Source: an uncultured Alphaproteobacteria bacterium (GTDB taxonomy: Bacteria; Pseudomonadota; Alphaproteobacteria; Acetobacterales; Acetobacteraceae). Taken from it: a stretch of 64,000 bases of DNA. Shown in pieces: positions 10,553 to 21,491 of this stretch (positions are counted from its first letter, which is position 1; each line of letters begins with the position of its first letter). Position numbers and translations under genes: made by a program. Below the pieces are notes generated by a model that ran no database searches, was not told where the DNA came from, and saw only the letters and a list, made by a program, of their open reading frames with translations. The DNA lies in NCBI GenBank assembly GCA_963743035.1, contig CAVUOB010000002.1:216692-280691 (forward strand). The letters run 5' to 3'.

Positions 10553-10778
10553 GGTTCGCTAGGCCGCGGAAGCGAATGGCGCATGGAGACGATTAACCAG
10601 AATTTAAAACCGCAGTATCACCGAAGTCCCGTGGCTCACAAGCTTGGGACGTAGGTTTTCGGAGTTTTGCATCGCGGCTGACGGACCCGGACCGCCGTGC
10701 CGCTGGCGGCTCTGGCCCGCAGCGCCCGGGATCGGCTAACGTCTTTGCTTGGCTGCGGGGTGCTGGGGGAGTGGCGGA

Positions 10779-12182
10779 ATGACCGATTTTCGGGAAGAAA
10801 CCGACAGCCTGGGCCCGGTGAAGGTGCCCGCCGACAAGCTCTGGGGCGCGCAGACTCAGCGCTCCCTGGAATATTTCAGCATCGGCCGCGACCTGATGCC
10901 GCGGGAGATGATCCCCGCCTATGCCATCCTCAAGAAGGCCGCCGCCAACGCCAACCATGCCGGCGGCAGGCTGGATGCGGCCGTACACCTGCTGATCGTG
11001 GAGGTTTGCGACGAGATCCTGGCCGGCCGCCATCACGGCATGTTCCCGCTGCATGTATGGATGACCGGCAGCGGCACGCAGTTCAACATGAACGTCAACG
11101 AGGTGATATCGAACCGCTGCTGCCAGCTGGCGGGAACGCCGCTCGGCAGCAAGACGCCGGTGCATCCGAACGACCATGTCAACATGTCGCAATCCTCCAA
11201 CGACACGTTCCCGTCGGCGATGTACATCGCCGCCGCCTTGAACCTGACCGCGCGGCTGCTGCCCGCGGTGGCGGCCTTGCGGGACTCGATCGCGGTGAAG
11301 GCCGGGGAATGGATGGACATCGTCAAGATCGGCCGCACGCATCTGCAGGACGCCACGCCGATCACGCTGGGGCAGGAATGGTCGGGCTATGCCGCGATGC
11401 TCGGCGATAATGTTGAGCGGATGCAGGATGCGCTGAAGGGCGTCTATTGCCTGTCGCTTGGCGGCACTGCGGTGGGCACCGGGATCAACGCGGCGCCGGG
11501 CTTTGCCGAGGCGGCGACGGCCGAGATCGCCCGGCTCACCGGGTTGCCCTTCGTCAGCGCACCGAACAAATTCGCGGTGCAGGGCGCGCATGACGCGCTG
11601 GTACAACTGTCCGGCACGCTGCGCACGCTGGCTGTGTCGCTGTACAAGATCGCCAACGACATCAGGCTGCTGTCCTGCGGCCCGCGGGCCGGCATCGCGG
11701 AGCTGGAACTGCCCGAGAACGAGCCGGGATCCTCGATCATGCCCGGCAAGGTGAACCCCACCCAGGCCGAGGCGCTGACGATGATCGCCGTGCAGGTGAT
11801 GGCCAACGACGTCGCCGTGGGCTTCGGCGGCGCCGGCGGCCATCTGGAGATGAATGCCTACAAGCCGCTGATCATCTTCAACCTGTTGCACTCGATCACG
11901 ATCCTGAGCGACGGCTGCACCAATTTCCGCCAGTTCCTGATCGAGGGCACGAAGCCCAATCTGAAAAAGATCAAGGAGCATGTGGACCGCTCGCTGATGC
12001 TGGTCACCGCCCTGGCGCCGGTGATCGGCTACGACAAGGCGGCGAAGATCGCCCATCATGCGGCGGAGCACGACACGACCCTGCGGGCGGCGGCGCTGGA
12101 ACTCGGCTTCGTCAGCGCGGCGGAGTTCGACCGCGTGGTCGATCCCGCGAAGATGGTCCGGCCCTACGTCGCCGACGCGTGA
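10779..12182 (+). CDS. fumC: Class II fumarate hydratase
   Basis: Starts [29 protein letters not shown] and carries the signature [23 protein letters not shown] lies 8 nt upstream of ATG 10779. Confidence 0.95.
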   Translation: MTDFREETDSLGPVKVPADKLWGAQTQRSLEYFSIGRDLMPREMIPAYAILKKAAANANHAGGRLDAAVHLLIVEVCDEILAGRHHGMFPLHVWMTGSGTQFNMNVNEVISNRCCQLAGTPLGSKTPVHPNDHVNMSQSSNDTFPSAMYIAAALNLTARLLPAVAALRDSIAVKAGEWMDIVKIGRTHLQDATPITLGQEWSGYAAMLGDNVERMQDALKGVYCLSLGGTAVGTGINAAPGFAEAATAEIARLTGLPFVSAPNKFAVQGAHDALVQLSGTLRTLAVSLYKIANDIRLLSCGPRAGIAELELPENEPGSSIMPGKVNPTQAEALTMIAVQVMANDVAVGFGGAGGHLEMNAYKPLIIFNLLHSITILSDGCTNFRQFLIEGTKPNLKKIKEHVDRSLMLVTALAPVIGYDKAAKIAHHAAEHDTTLRAAALELGFVSAAEFDRVVDPAKMVRPYVADA

Positions 12183-12230
12183 TGGCCCGCTGGCGCGCCG
12201 GGCCGGACTGCCGGAGCGCCTCCGGTCAGG

Positions 12231-12860
12231 CTATTGCCGGCATTCCGACAGCGGCCAGACATGGCTGGAGACATTCCGGATGGCGGCCTCGGCCGGCAGA
12301 TGGAAGCCGTGAAAGATCACGAACACGGCCAGCACGACCGGCACCAGCGGCGCGAAGCGCAACCCGGGCGGCGGTGGGCCGGCGAGGCCGACGAAGGCCG
12401 TCGCCCCGGCCATGCCGACTGCCGCGCCGATGAGCACATCCAATATCGTATGGACACCCAGGGTCAGCCTTGTGGCGCCGATCAGACAGGCGACGGCCAC
12501 GGCGCAGACCAACGGCAACCAGGTCTGCCCGGCCATCCCCTGGGAGGTGAACATGGGGGAGGCGAACATCCGGGGGGCCATCACCCGGGCGGCCATGGCA
12601 AGCAGCCCGCCATAGACCGCGGCCGCGGCGGCGGTATGCCCGCTCGGACTGATCGGCCCGTTTTCGGTGACGTAATGGCCGCAGGCCGCGAAGACCATCT
12701 TCAGCACCATCATCAGCCCCAAGGTCCCGGCAACGACGGCCAGCCACGCGATCGCCGCCCGCCGCCAGCCGCCGGTCGCGAGCACGATGGCGGTCAGCGC
12801 CGCCAGCGGCAGGATCACTGCCTGATCGGCGAAGTCGGTCACGAACTTGATCAGCACCAT
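12231..12860 (-). CDS. PAP2-superfamily membrane phosphatase
   Basis: 209-aa polytopic membrane ORF with PSGH and (S/T)R-x5-H-x3-D motifs (ATRLTLGVHTILD). Confidence 0.6.
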   Translation of the reverse strand: MVLIKFVTDFADQAVILPLAALTAIVLATGGWRRAAIAWLAVVAGTLGLMMVLKMVFAACGHYVTENGPISPSGHTAAAAAVYGGLLAMAARVMAPRMFASPMFTSQGMAGQTWLPLVCAVAVACLIGATRLTLGVHTILDVLIGAAVGMAGATAFVGLAGPPPPGLRFAPLVPVVLAVFVIFHGFHLPAEAAIRNVSSHVWPLSECRQ

Positions 12861-13090
12861 TCACGTGATCCAATGCGACAGGGTCGGCGCACGCTTCCGC
12901 AGGGAATGGTCGCCGATGCCGCGTACGGGGGCCTGGGTCGGCACGGCCAAAAGAACAGGCGTGCGGAACAGATAGCGATACGATTTTTGGGCGATACTAC
13001 GTCTGGCGGCGGCTGAAAACGTTAAACATGACCGCTGTTACCGGCGAACGGCCCCATGCGCGTCCGGGTACGCCCGGGCTGCCCGGAAAC

Positions 13091-13873
13091 CTACCCGTCC
13101 GGCTGCTCGGCCCGCTGCATCGCGGCGGTCAGGCGGCCGGCGATCTCGGGCGTGCAGCCGATGATCGGGTTGCCCGTCACCAGCCCGTTGCCGGCCAGGA
13201 AATCATTGGTCCAGCCGCCGGCCTCGCGCACCAGCAGGATCCCGGCCAGCACGTCCCAGGCGTTGATATGCAGTTCCATATATCCGTCGTTCAGCCCTGC
13301 CGCGGTGTCGGCGATCCCCAGCGCCCCCGAGCCGAGGCGGCGGAACTCGATCCCGTCCAGGATCAGGTTCCCGGCCAGGGCCCCGTACTGGCCGATGGGG
13401 CGGCGCGGCGACCAGCCGGTCTCCACCACTGGCGAGGCGCCATGGCGGAGATGGCTGACCCGGATCTGGCGGTCGTTCAGGAATGCCCCATGCCCCCGGC
13501 GCGCCGTGAACAGCCGCCTTTCATCCGGGGCGTGGATGACCCCGCTCTCGATCCGGCCGCGCACCACCAGGGCGATGGAGACGCACCAGCGCGGCGTGCC
13601 GTGGATGTAGTTCACCGTCCCGTCGATGGGATCGACGACCCAGACCAGCTCCGCCGGGCTGCCGCCGTCCTCCTCGCCGATCACGGGATCGGCGAAGCGC
13701 TCGTCGATGCGCCGGCGGATCAGCGCCTCCACCGCGTGGTCGGCGGCGGTCGCGTAATCCATGGGCGCCTTGGTTTGCAGCGCGCCGAGGTCCCGCCGCA
13801 GGCGCGACGCGAGCTCGCCCGCCTCCACCGCCAGTTCCATCGCGAACGCATGGCGCTGGTCGATATCCGTCAT
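13091..13873 (-). CDS. Inositol monophosphatase family protein (SuhB/HisN-like)
   Basis: Carries the motifs WVVDPIDGTVNY and NAWDVLAG. Start at MTDIDQRH, 8 nt downstream of the dadA stop; an alternative ATG lies at 13888. Confidence 0.85.
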   Translation of the reverse strand: MTDIDQRHAFAMELAVEAGELASRLRRDLGALQTKAPMDYATAADHAVEALIRRRIDERFADPVIGEEDGGSPAELVWVVDPIDGTVNYIHGTPRWCVSIALVVRGRIESGVIHAPDERRLFTARRGHGAFLNDRQIRVSHLRHGASPVVETGWSPRRPIGQYGALAGNLILDGIEFRRLGSGALGIADTAAGLNDGYMELHINAWDVLAGILLVREAGGWTNDFLAGNGLVTGNPIIGCTPEIAGRLTAAMQRAEQPDG

Positions 13874-13880
13874 GGCGCCA

Positions 13881-15134
13881 TCATCCATAGCGGCGGACCG
13901 ACAGGTCGCGCGTATCGATCTCCGGCTGGCGGCCCGCGAGCTGATCCGCCAGCACCCGGGCGGAACCGCAGGCCATCGTCCAGCCGAGCGTGCCATGCCC
14001 GGTGTTGAGATGCAGGTTGGCATAGGGCGTCGGCCCGATCAGCGGCGTGCCGTCCGGCGTCATCGGACGCAGTCCGGTCCAGAAGCTCGCCCGAGAGACG
14101 TCGCCGCCATGCGGAAACAAATCCGTCAGGGAATGCTCCAGCGTCGCGCGCCGCGCTGCGTGCAGGCGGAGATCGTAGCCCGCCACCTCCGCCGTGCCGC
14201 CGACGCGGATGCGATCGCCGAGCCGGGTGATCGCGATCTTGTAGGTCTCGTCCATGACAGTGGATTCCGGGGCGCCGGCCGGATCGGTGATCGGCACGGT
14301 GATCGAATAGCCCTTGATCGGATAGACCGGCAGCTTCAGGCCGATGGGCTTCAGCAGCAGCGGGGAATAGCTGCCGAGCGCCACGACATAGGCATCGGCC
14401 ATCAGCGCGCCCTTGTCGGTGACGACGGAGGCGATCCGCCCGCCTTCCGCGACCAGCCGCTCGATGGCGGCGCCGTAGCGGAACTCGACGCCGAGCCCCC
14501 CGGCCAGCGCCGCCAGCCGTTCGGTGAACAGCTTGCAGTCGCCGGTCTCGTCGCCCGGCAGCCGCAGACCGCCCGCGAATTTCTGCCGCATACCGGCCAG
14601 CGCCGGCTCCGCCCGGATGCAGCCGTCGCGGTCGAGCAGTTCGAAGGCTACCCCGTATTCCCTGAGCACCGCGATGTCGCCGGCGGTACCGTCGAGCTGG
14701 TACTGGGAGCGGAACAGCTGCAGCGTGCCCTGGGCGCGTTCGTCATAGGCGATGCCGGTGTCGGCGCGCAGTTCGCGCAGCACGTCGCGGCTGTACTCGG
14801 CCAGCCGGACCATGCGGCTCTTGTTCAGCGCATAGCGCGCCTGTGTGCAGTTGCGCAGCATCTGCGCCATCCAGACCCACATCGCGGGGTCGAGCTTCGG
14901 GCGGACCACCAGCGGTCCGTATTTCATCGTCAGCCACTTGACCGCTTTCATCGGCACCCCGGGGCCGGCCCATGGCGAGGCATAGCCGGGCGAGACTTCG
15001 CCGGCATTGCCGAAGCTGGTCTCCAGCGCCGGCCCCGGCTGGCGGTCGACGACGGTGACGGCGTGGCCCGCCTTGGCCAGGAAATAAGCGGTCGTGACGC
15101 CGACGACGCCGCTGCCGAGAACGATGACCTTCAT
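13881..15134 (-). CDS. dadA: D-amino-acid dehydrogenase small subunit-like FAD oxidoreductase
   Basis: N-terminus [31 protein letters not shown] (Rossmann FAD fold). Full-length DadA-like sequence ending ...[13 protein letters not shown].... Confidence 0.85.
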   Translation of the reverse strand: MKVIVLGSGVVGVTTAYFLAKAGHAVTVVDRQPGPALETSFGNAGEVSPGYASPWAGPGVPMKAVKWLTMKYGPLVVRPKLDPAMWVWMAQMLRNCTQARYALNKSRMVRLAEYSRDVLRELRADTGIAYDERAQGTLQLFRSQYQLDGTAGDIAVLREYGVAFELLDRDGCIRAEPALAGMRQKFAGGLRLPGDETGDCKLFTERLAALAGGLGVEFRYGAAIERLVAEGGRIASVVTDKGALMADAYVVALGSYSPLLLKPIGLKLPVYPIKGYSITVPITDPAGAPESTVMDETYKIAITRLGDRIRVGGTAEVAGYDLRLHAARRATLEHSLTDLFPHGGDVSRASFWTGLRPMTPDGTPLIGPTPYANLHLNTGHGTLGWTMACGSARVLADQLAGRQPEIDTRDLSVRRYG

Positions 15135-15248
15135 GAAGCAGAATTCTCCCAGGAAACATTCGGCAGGCACCTTCATAGCCAATCCTGCCGCGGAGGCGGC
15201 AAGCGGAATGCCGCCGGGAGGTCGCCGAAAAAGGGAAGTCCGGTCCGT

Positions 15249-16112
15249 TTAGCCGCCCTTGACGCCGCCGGTGGTTAGCCCGGCAACGATTTCCTTCTGC
15301 ATCAACAGGGTTAGCAGCAGGACGGGTGCGGTCACGACCAGCGCCGCCGCGGCCAGCGGGCCCCAGCTCACCTGTTCGAAGGTCAGCACGTTATAGACCG
15401 CGACCGGCAGCGTGCGCGTGCTGCGTCCCGCCAGCACAACGCCGAAGATGAAATTGTTCCAACTGAAGATGAACGAGAGGATCATCGCCACCGTGATCCC
15501 CGGCCGCGCCAGCGGCATGGCGACATGGCGGAAGGCCTGCCAGATCGTCGCGCCGTCGACCAGTGCGGCCTCCTCCAGTTCGCCCGGCAGGCCCTCGAAG
15601 AAGCCGATCATCACCCAGACCACGACCGGCACCGTGATCGTGAGATGGGTGATCACCAGCGGCACCAGCGTGCCGGTCAGTTCCATCCACTGGAACATCA
15701 GGAACATCGGCACCAGGAACGACAGGCCGGGCGTGATGCGCGCGATCAGGATCAGCACTGCCGCCTTCTGCATCTTCGCCTTGGCGATGCCGTAGCCCGC
15801 GGGCACCCCGATCAGCAGCGCCAGCCCGGTGGCGCCGAACGACACGATGACCGAGTTGATCGTATAGGTCAGAAAGTCGTTCTTCTCGAAGACATCGACG
15901 AAATTGGCCAGGGTCGGCGGGTTCGGCACGAACACCGGCGGGTACGCCATGTTGTCGACCTCGTTCTTGAACGCCAGCGAGGCCATCCACAGGAACACCA
16001 GCAACGCCGGCGAGATCAGCACCAGGGCGGACAGGTAAAGCCCGAGCCTGCCGATCCAGCGGCGCACCCTGTGCCGGGTTATCGGACGCCGGGTCATTGG
16101 CCCATTTCTCAT
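15249..16112 (-). CDS. Carbohydrate (CUT1-type) ABC transporter permease, MalG-like
   Basis: EAA-loop region (GLPGELEEAALVDGATIWQAFRHVAMPLARPG) and six TM segments. ATG 16112 overlaps the upstream stop (ATGA); an alternative ATG lies at 16097. The rest of ORF 15249..17105 is shadow. Confidence 0.85.
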   Translation of the reverse strand: MRNGPMTRRPITRHRVRRWIGRLGLYLSALVLISPALLVFLWMASLAFKNEVDNMAYPPVFVPNPPTLANFVDVFEKNDFLTYTINSVIVSFGATGLALLIGVPAGYGIAKAKMQKAAVLILIARITPGLSFLVPMFLMFQWMELTGTLVPLVITHLTITVPVVVWVMIGFFEGLPGELEEAALVDGATIWQAFRHVAMPLARPGITVAMILSFIFSWNNFIFGVVLAGRSTRTLPVAVYNVLTFEQVSWGPLAAAALVVTAPVLLLTLLMQKEIVAGLTTGGVKGG

Positions 16113-17038
16113 TGAAATGCCTGCTTCTGGCGGACGTTGAGCAGCAACAGGCTGATCAGCAGGATCAGTGCGAAGAACACGACCACCATGGCCGAGCCGT
16201 AGCCCAGGTCGTAATAGGCGAAGGCGGTCTGGTAGAGCAGGATGTTGATCGTCTCGCTTGCGGTGCCGGGACCGCCGAGCGTGATCACGTAGATGCTGTC
16301 GAAGGTCTTCAGTGCGTCGATCAGCCGCAGCACAGCCGCCACTACTATGAACGGCCAGGACAGCGGCAGCGTGATGTGGCGGAACATCTGCCAGGAGTTG
16401 GCGCCGTCCAGGATCGCCGCCTCGTACGGGTCGGTCGGCAGGCTCGCCAGGCCGCCGAGCACGATCAGCATGACCAGCGGCGTCCATTGCCAGGTCTCGA
16501 CCATCACCAGGGTCGGGATCACCGTGGACGCATCGTACACCCAGGTGCTGGGCGGCAGGCCGACGCTGGTCAGCAGGTAGTTCAGCACCCCCAGCTGCGG
16601 GTGAAACATCATCGTCCAGACCAGCGCCACCGCCACGGGGGTCGCCATCATCGGCAGGATGAAGATGGTGCGCGCCACGCCGCGGAAGAAGAAATTGCTC
16701 TGAAAGCAGACCGCGGCCGCGATGCCCAGCAGCATCGGGGCGGCGACCGACAGCGCGGTGAAATACAGCGTGCGCAGCACCGCCAGGCGGAAGCGCTCGT
16801 CCTCCACCAGGTGCACGTAGTTGGCGATGCCGGTGAATGTCGTGCTGCCGGTCACCTTCCACTCGTGCACCGACATGAACAGGGTGAAGACCCAGGGAAA
16901 CACGATCACCGCGGAGACGATCACCCCGGCTGGCACGACGAACGGCCAGTACTGGCGGGCATAGTTGCGCCGGCCGCGGGCGATGCGGGCCGCCTGGTCC
17001 GCGGCCGTTGGGGGGGCTGCGATCGGATTGGCGCTCAT
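16109..17038 (-). CDS. Carbohydrate (CUT1-type) ABC transporter permease, MalF-like
   Basis: 309 aa with EAA loop SLPTDPYEAAILDGANSWQMFRHITLP. Confidence 0.85.
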   Translation of the reverse strand: MSANPIAAPPTAADQAARIARGRRNYARQYWPFVVPAGVIVSAVIVFPWVFTLFMSVHEWKVTGSTTFTGIANYVHLVEDERFRLAVLRTLYFTALSVAAPMLLGIAAAVCFQSNFFFRGVARTIFILPMMATPVAVALVWTMMFHPQLGVLNYLLTSVGLPPSTWVYDASTVIPTLVMVETWQWTPLVMLIVLGGLASLPTDPYEAAILDGANSWQMFRHITLPLSWPFIVVAAVLRLIDALKTFDSIYVITLGGPGTASETINILLYQTAFAYYDLGYGSAMVVVFFALILLISLLLLNVRQKQAFQ

Positions 17039-17142
17039 GCGCGGTTGTGTTCCCTGGACGTAGGCGTTGCTGCTGCGTTGTTTTGCGGCGTTCGTTGACA
17101 GGCACGGCTTATATAAAAGTTATGAAGAGGACTTCGCGATGG

Positions 17143-18216
17143 TTATGACGCGGATTCCGCGATGGTGGAACCCAGCAGCGCGGCCCGGTCGGCGCGGCGC
17201 AGCACCCAGCCCGCCCAGGCCACCTGCGGCAGGACCAGCGCCAGGGGAATGAACGGCTTGACCGCAACCGGGGCGCGGATGAAGGCGAGGCAGGCGAGGC
17301 CGCCCAGCAGCGCGAAACCCCAATGGATCGCGGTGACCCAGGCCGCCGGCATGCCCGAGCGCTGGGCCAGCTGGTACAGATGGCCGCGATGCGGCGCGGT
17401 GAGCCTTTCCCCCGCCAGCCCGCGCCGCAGCAGGGTGAATGCGACATCGAACAGCACGCCCGACAGCAGCATCGGCATGATCAGGAACGACAGCTCCACC
17501 GCGTCGAAGCGGCTGGCGGCCACCGCCAGCATGGCCAGCACGAAGCCGCAGAACTGGCTGCCGACATCGCCCATGAAGATCCGAGCGCCCGGATAGTTGA
17601 ACGGCAGGAACCCGACCAGCCCGGCCGCCAGCAGCAGCGCCGCAAAATAGACGAACCAGCCGCCCTGCTCGGCGGCGATGATGCACAGGAAGCCGGAGGC
17701 GATCAGCGCCACGCCAGAGGCCAGGCCATTCAGCCCGTCGATGAAGTTCATTGCGTTGGTGGTGAACAGGATCCATACCAGCGTAGCCGGAATGCCGAGC
17801 CATCCGATATCCACAGGCCCCAGATAGGGTATGCGGTAGACTTGCACATAGAGCCCGGTGCCGACCGCCGCCAGCGCCGCCAGCACCTGGGCGCCGAGCT
17901 TGATGGTGAACGGCCAATCGTACAGATCGTCCAGGAACGCCACCACGGCGATGGCGGCGGAAGCCGCGATCACGCCGCGGAAATACGGATCGGCCAGGCG
18001 CGAAAAGGCGGCCATTTCGTACAGGACCGCCACGCCCACCAGGAACGCCACCACGATGCCCACGCCGCCGCCCTTGGGGGTGGGGTTGGCATGGGATTTG
18101 CGCGGGTCTGGCGTGTCCATCACACCGACGGAGATCATCAGCCGCACGGTTGCCGCCGAGAGCAGTGCGAGGCTGCCGGCAAAGGCCAGGTGGCGCAGGA
18201 GGGCCGCAAACGTCAT
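17143..18216 (-). CDS. Polyprenyl-phosphate HexNAc-1-phosphate transferase (MraY/WecA/WbpL family, GT4 fold)
   Basis: 357-aa polytopic protein with the motifs FLDDLYD, NAMNFIDGLNGLA and FMGDVGSQ. Confidence 0.85.
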   Translation of the reverse strand: MTFAALLRHLAFAGSLALLSAATVRLMISVGVMDTPDPRKSHANPTPKGGGVGIVVAFLVGVAVLYEMAAFSRLADPYFRGVIAASAAIAVVAFLDDLYDWPFTIKLGAQVLAALAAVGTGLYVQVYRIPYLGPVDIGWLGIPATLVWILFTTNAMNFIDGLNGLASGVALIASGFLCIIAAEQGGWFVYFAALLLAAGLVGFLPFNYPGARIFMGDVGSQFCGFVLAMLAVAASRFDAVELSFLIMPMLLSGVLFDVAFTLLRRGLAGERLTAPHRGHLYQLAQRSGMPAAWVTAIHWGFALLGGLACLAFIRAPVAVKPFIPLALVLPQVAWAGWVLRRADRAALLGSTIAESAS

Positions 18217-18298
18217 ATCCGATCCTTGTTCGCTTCACCTAGGGGAGCGAAGCCGGGGGTAGCGAAGCCGGCGCGGAACGGGAAGCCCCGCCGACATT

Positions 18299-20338
18299 AT
18301 GACAGCAATGGGTATGCTGCGTCCCGCCTACTGGGCTATGAGGGCAACCGCAATGCCCGCTTCCCGCCCCCTTGCCCCCCGCCCGTTGGTCAGAATCGCC
18401 GTCAACGTCGCGCTCGATGGCATACTGGCTGCCCTGGCCGTGCCGCTGGCACGCTGGATCGCCGATCCCGCCGATGCCTGGCTGCATCCGCTGTGGCTGA
18501 TGGCCGCCGGCGCCGGCGCGGTGCTGCTGGCCGGGCTGCCGTTCCGTCTGTCGCTGCAGTACTGGCGCTTTGCCGGCCTGGGCGACCTGATCGGCGTGGT
18601 CGGTTCCAGCATCGTCGCCGCGCTGCTGTTCGCACTGCTGATGGCCGCTGCCGGCATCGTGCCGACCAATCCAGCCTTGCCGCTGGTGCATGCCTTCACG
18701 CTGGTCGTGCTGCTCGGCGCGCCGCGCGTGGCCTATCGCCGGCTGCAATTCGGCACCGGCCGCGCCAGCCCGGAGGACGGTGACAGCGACGCCGATCTGG
18801 TGCTCGTGGTCGGTTCCGGAGAGGACGCCGACCTGTTCTTGCGCGCCGTGTCGCAGGAACGCCGGCCCAGCGTGCGCGTGGCGGGACTGCTAGCGCTGGG
18901 CTCCCGCCAGACCGGGCGGCGCATCCAGGGCCATCCGATCCTCGGCTCCTCGGACGATCTCGGCGCGGTGCTGGAACGGTTGAAGGCCGAGGACCGGCTG
19001 CCCGGCATGCTAGTCATCGCCTCCCCGGATCTCTCCGGGGCCGCGCTGGCCAGACTGATCGACGAGGCCAACGGCTATGGCCTGATGGTGCGCCGCGCAC
19101 CGCGTCCGACGGCGCTGCACCCCGCCACACCCGCCCCGGGCCGTGCCGATGCGCCGGCGCGGCTGCAGCTCAAGCCGGTGGCGATCGAGGATTTGCTGAA
19201 CCGGCCGCAGGTGCCGCTGGACCGTGACGGCATGGCGCGGCTGATCCAGGGGCGACGCGTGATCGTGACCGGCGCGGGGGGTACCATAGGCTCCGAACTG
19301 GCGCGCCAGGTTGCGGCACTCGGCCCGGACATGCTGGTGCTGCTGGACAACGGCGAATACGCATTGTGGCAGATCGACCTGGAACTGGCGGAAACCCATC
19401 CGCATCTGCAGCGCAAGACCCTGATCGCCGATATCCGCGACGAGGCCCGCATCCGCGCGGTGTTCGAGGATCTGCGCCCCGAACTCGTGTTCCATGCCGC
19501 GGCGCTGAAGCATGTGCCGATCGTGGAGGCGAACCCGCTGGAAGGGCTGCTGACCAACGCCGCCGGCACCCGCCACGTGGCCGAGGCTGCGCGCGCCGTC
19601 GGCGCGCTGGCCATGGTGCTGATCTCCACCGACAAGGCGGTGAACCCGACCAGCGTCATGGGCGCCTCCAAGCGGCTGGCGGAGATGTATTGCCAGGCGC
19701 TGGACGTCGCGGCGCAGAAGATCCTGGGCGGCACCGAGGCGGCGCGGGGCGGCGAAAGCGCCATGCGCTGCGTCACCGTGCGCTTCGGCAATGTGCTGGG
19801 CAGCACCGGCTCTGTGGTGCCGCTGTTCCAGCGCCAGCTGGAGCGCGGCGGCCCGCTGACCGTCACCCATCCGGACATGCAGCGCTATTTCATGACGGTG
19901 CGCGAGGCGGTCGGCCTCGTCCTGCAGGCAAGCGTGCTGGGTGCTGCCAGCGGCGCGCTGCCGGCGACGCAGGAAGGGGGCATCTTCGTGCTGGATATGG
20001 GCAAGCCGGTGAAGATCGTCGACCTCGCCCGGCAGATGATCCGCCTGGCAGGGCTGCGGCCGGAGCAGGACGTGGATATCCGCTTCACCGGGTTGCGGCC
20101 CGGCGAGAAGCTGTACGAGGAGCTGTTCCACGGCAAGGAACCGCCGGTGCCCACCGGCTATCCCGGCCTGCTGATGGCGACCCCGCGCACCGGGGACCCC
20201 GCGATCGTCGGTCGCGCGATCGAGGAGATCGCCATCGCCTGCCGCGGTGGCCAGGTGCGGCTGGCGCTGACCCTGCTGGGTCGGCAGATACCCGAATTCG
20301 AGCACAATGCAGACGGCTCCGCCGCGGCGCGAGCCTGA
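18299..20338 (+). CDS. Membrane-anchored nucleotide-sugar 4,6-dehydratase/epimerase (CapD/WbpM/PglF family)
   Basis: N-terminal TM helices followed by an SDR domain (VIVTGAGGTIGSELARQ...STDKAVNPTSVMGASKR). The exact start is uncertain. Confidence 0.85.
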   Translation: MTAMGMLRPAYWAMRATAMPASRPLAPRPLVRIAVNVALDGILAALAVPLARWIADPADAWLHPLWLMAAGAGAVLLAGLPFRLSLQYWRFAGLGDLIGVVGSSIVAALLFALLMAAAGIVPTNPALPLVHAFTLVVLLGAPRVAYRRLQFGTGRASPEDGDSDADLVLVVGSGEDADLFLRAVSQERRPSVRVAGLLALGSRQTGRRIQGHPILGSSDDLGAVLERLKAEDRLPGMLVIASPDLSGAALARLIDEANGYGLMVRRAPRPTALHPATPAPGRADAPARLQLKPVAIEDLLNRPQVPLDRDGMARLIQGRRVIVTGAGGTIGSELARQVAALGPDMLVLLDNGEYALWQIDLELAETHPHLQRKTLIADIRDEARIRAVFEDLRPELVFHAAALKHVPIVEANPLEGLLTNAAGTRHVAEAARAVGALAMVLISTDKAVNPTSVMGASKRLAEMYCQALDVAAQKILGGTEAARGGESAMRCVTVRFGNVLGSTGSVVPLFQRQLERGGPLTVTHPDMQRYFMTVREAVGLVLQASVLGAASGALPATQEGGIFVLDMGKPVKIVDLARQMIRLAGLRPEQDVDIRFTGLRPGEKLYEELFHGKEPPVPTGYPGLLMATPRTGDPAIVGRAIEEIAIACRGGQVRLALTLLGRQIPEFEHNADGSAAARA

Positions 20339-20350
20339 TCAGGACACAGT

Positions 20351-21484
20351 ATGACAATCGCGATCCCGTTTCTCGACCTCAAGGCCCAGCAGGCGCGCAT
20401 CCACGACGAACTGCGCCGCCGGCTGGACGGCGTGCTGGCCCATTGCCAGTTCGTGCTGGGGCCGGAAGTGGCGGAGCTGGAAGCTGCCCTGGCGGCCTAT
20501 TGCGGCGCCGCGCATTGCGTGTCGATCTCGTCGGGCACGGACGCGCTGCAGATCGCGCTGATGGCCGAAGGGGTCGGCCGCGGGGATGCGGTGTTCCTGC
20601 CGGCCTTCACCTACACCGCGACGGCCGAGGTGCCGCTCGTGCTGGGCGCGACGCCGGTGTTCTGCGATGTCGATCCGCTGACCTTCCAGATCGATCCGGC
20701 GCATCTGGAACAGCGCATCGCCGAGGTGCGCGCAGCCGGCAAGCTGCGCCCGCGTGCGCTGATCGGCGTCGACCTGTTCGGCCAGCCGGCGAACTGGCCG
20801 GCCTTGAGCGCCATCGCCGCGCGGGAGGGGGTCTTCACGCTGGACGATTGCGCGCAGAGCTTCGGCGCCACGCTGCGGGGCCGCCAGCTCGGCACCGCGG
20901 CGGATGCGACGGCGGTTAGTTTCTTTCCCTCCAAGCCGCTTGGTGCATATGGCGATGGCGGCGCGCTGTTCACCGAAAGCGCGGAGCGGGCGGCGCTGTA
21001 CCGCAGCCTGCGCACCCATGGCGAGGGCACGACCCGTTATGAAGTGCTGCGCACCGGCATGAACGGGCGGCTGGATTCGATCCAGGCGGCGGTGCTGCTG
21101 GCCAAGCTGACGGTGTTCCCCGCCGAACTGGCGATCCGCGAACGTATCGCGCGGATCTATGATTCCCGACTGGGCAATGCGGTCGGCATTCCCGTGCGCG
21201 TGCCGGACAGCACCAGCGCCTGGGCGATCTATGCCGTCCTGCTGCGCGACGCGGCGCAGCGCGAGAGCGTGCAAGCATCGCTGAAGGCAGTGGGCGTGCC
21301 GACGGCAATCTATTACCCGCGGCCGCTGCATCTGCAGCCGGCCTATCGCGACAGCCATGACGGCGCCGCGCTACCGGTGTCGGAGGATCTGGCCACGCGC
21401 ATCCTGGCACTGCCGATCCATCCCGACCTGAACGACGAAGCCGTAGGGCATATCTGCGATTCCGTGCTGGCGGCGGTGGCGTAG
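20351..21484 (+). CDS. DegT/DnrJ/EryC1/StrS-family PLP-dependent sugar aminotransferase
   Basis: 377 aa with family motifs (FLDLKAQ..., SFFPSKPLGAYGDGGA). Confidence 0.9.
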   Translation: MTIAIPFLDLKAQQARIHDELRRRLDGVLAHCQFVLGPEVAELEAALAAYCGAAHCVSISSGTDALQIALMAEGVGRGDAVFLPAFTYTATAEVPLVLGATPVFCDVDPLTFQIDPAHLEQRIAEVRAAGKLRPRALIGVDLFGQPANWPALSAIAAREGVFTLDDCAQSFGATLRGRQLGTAADATAVSFFPSKPLGAYGDGGALFTESAERAALYRSLRTHGEGTTRYEVLRTGMNGRLDSIQAAVLLAKLTVFPAELAIRERIARIYDSRLGNAVGIPVRVPDSTSAWAIYAVLLRDAAQRESVQASLKAVGVPTAIYYPRPLHLQPAYRDSHDGAALPVSEDLATRILALPIHPDLNDEAVGHICDSVLAAVA

Positions 21485-21491
21485 CCAGGCT

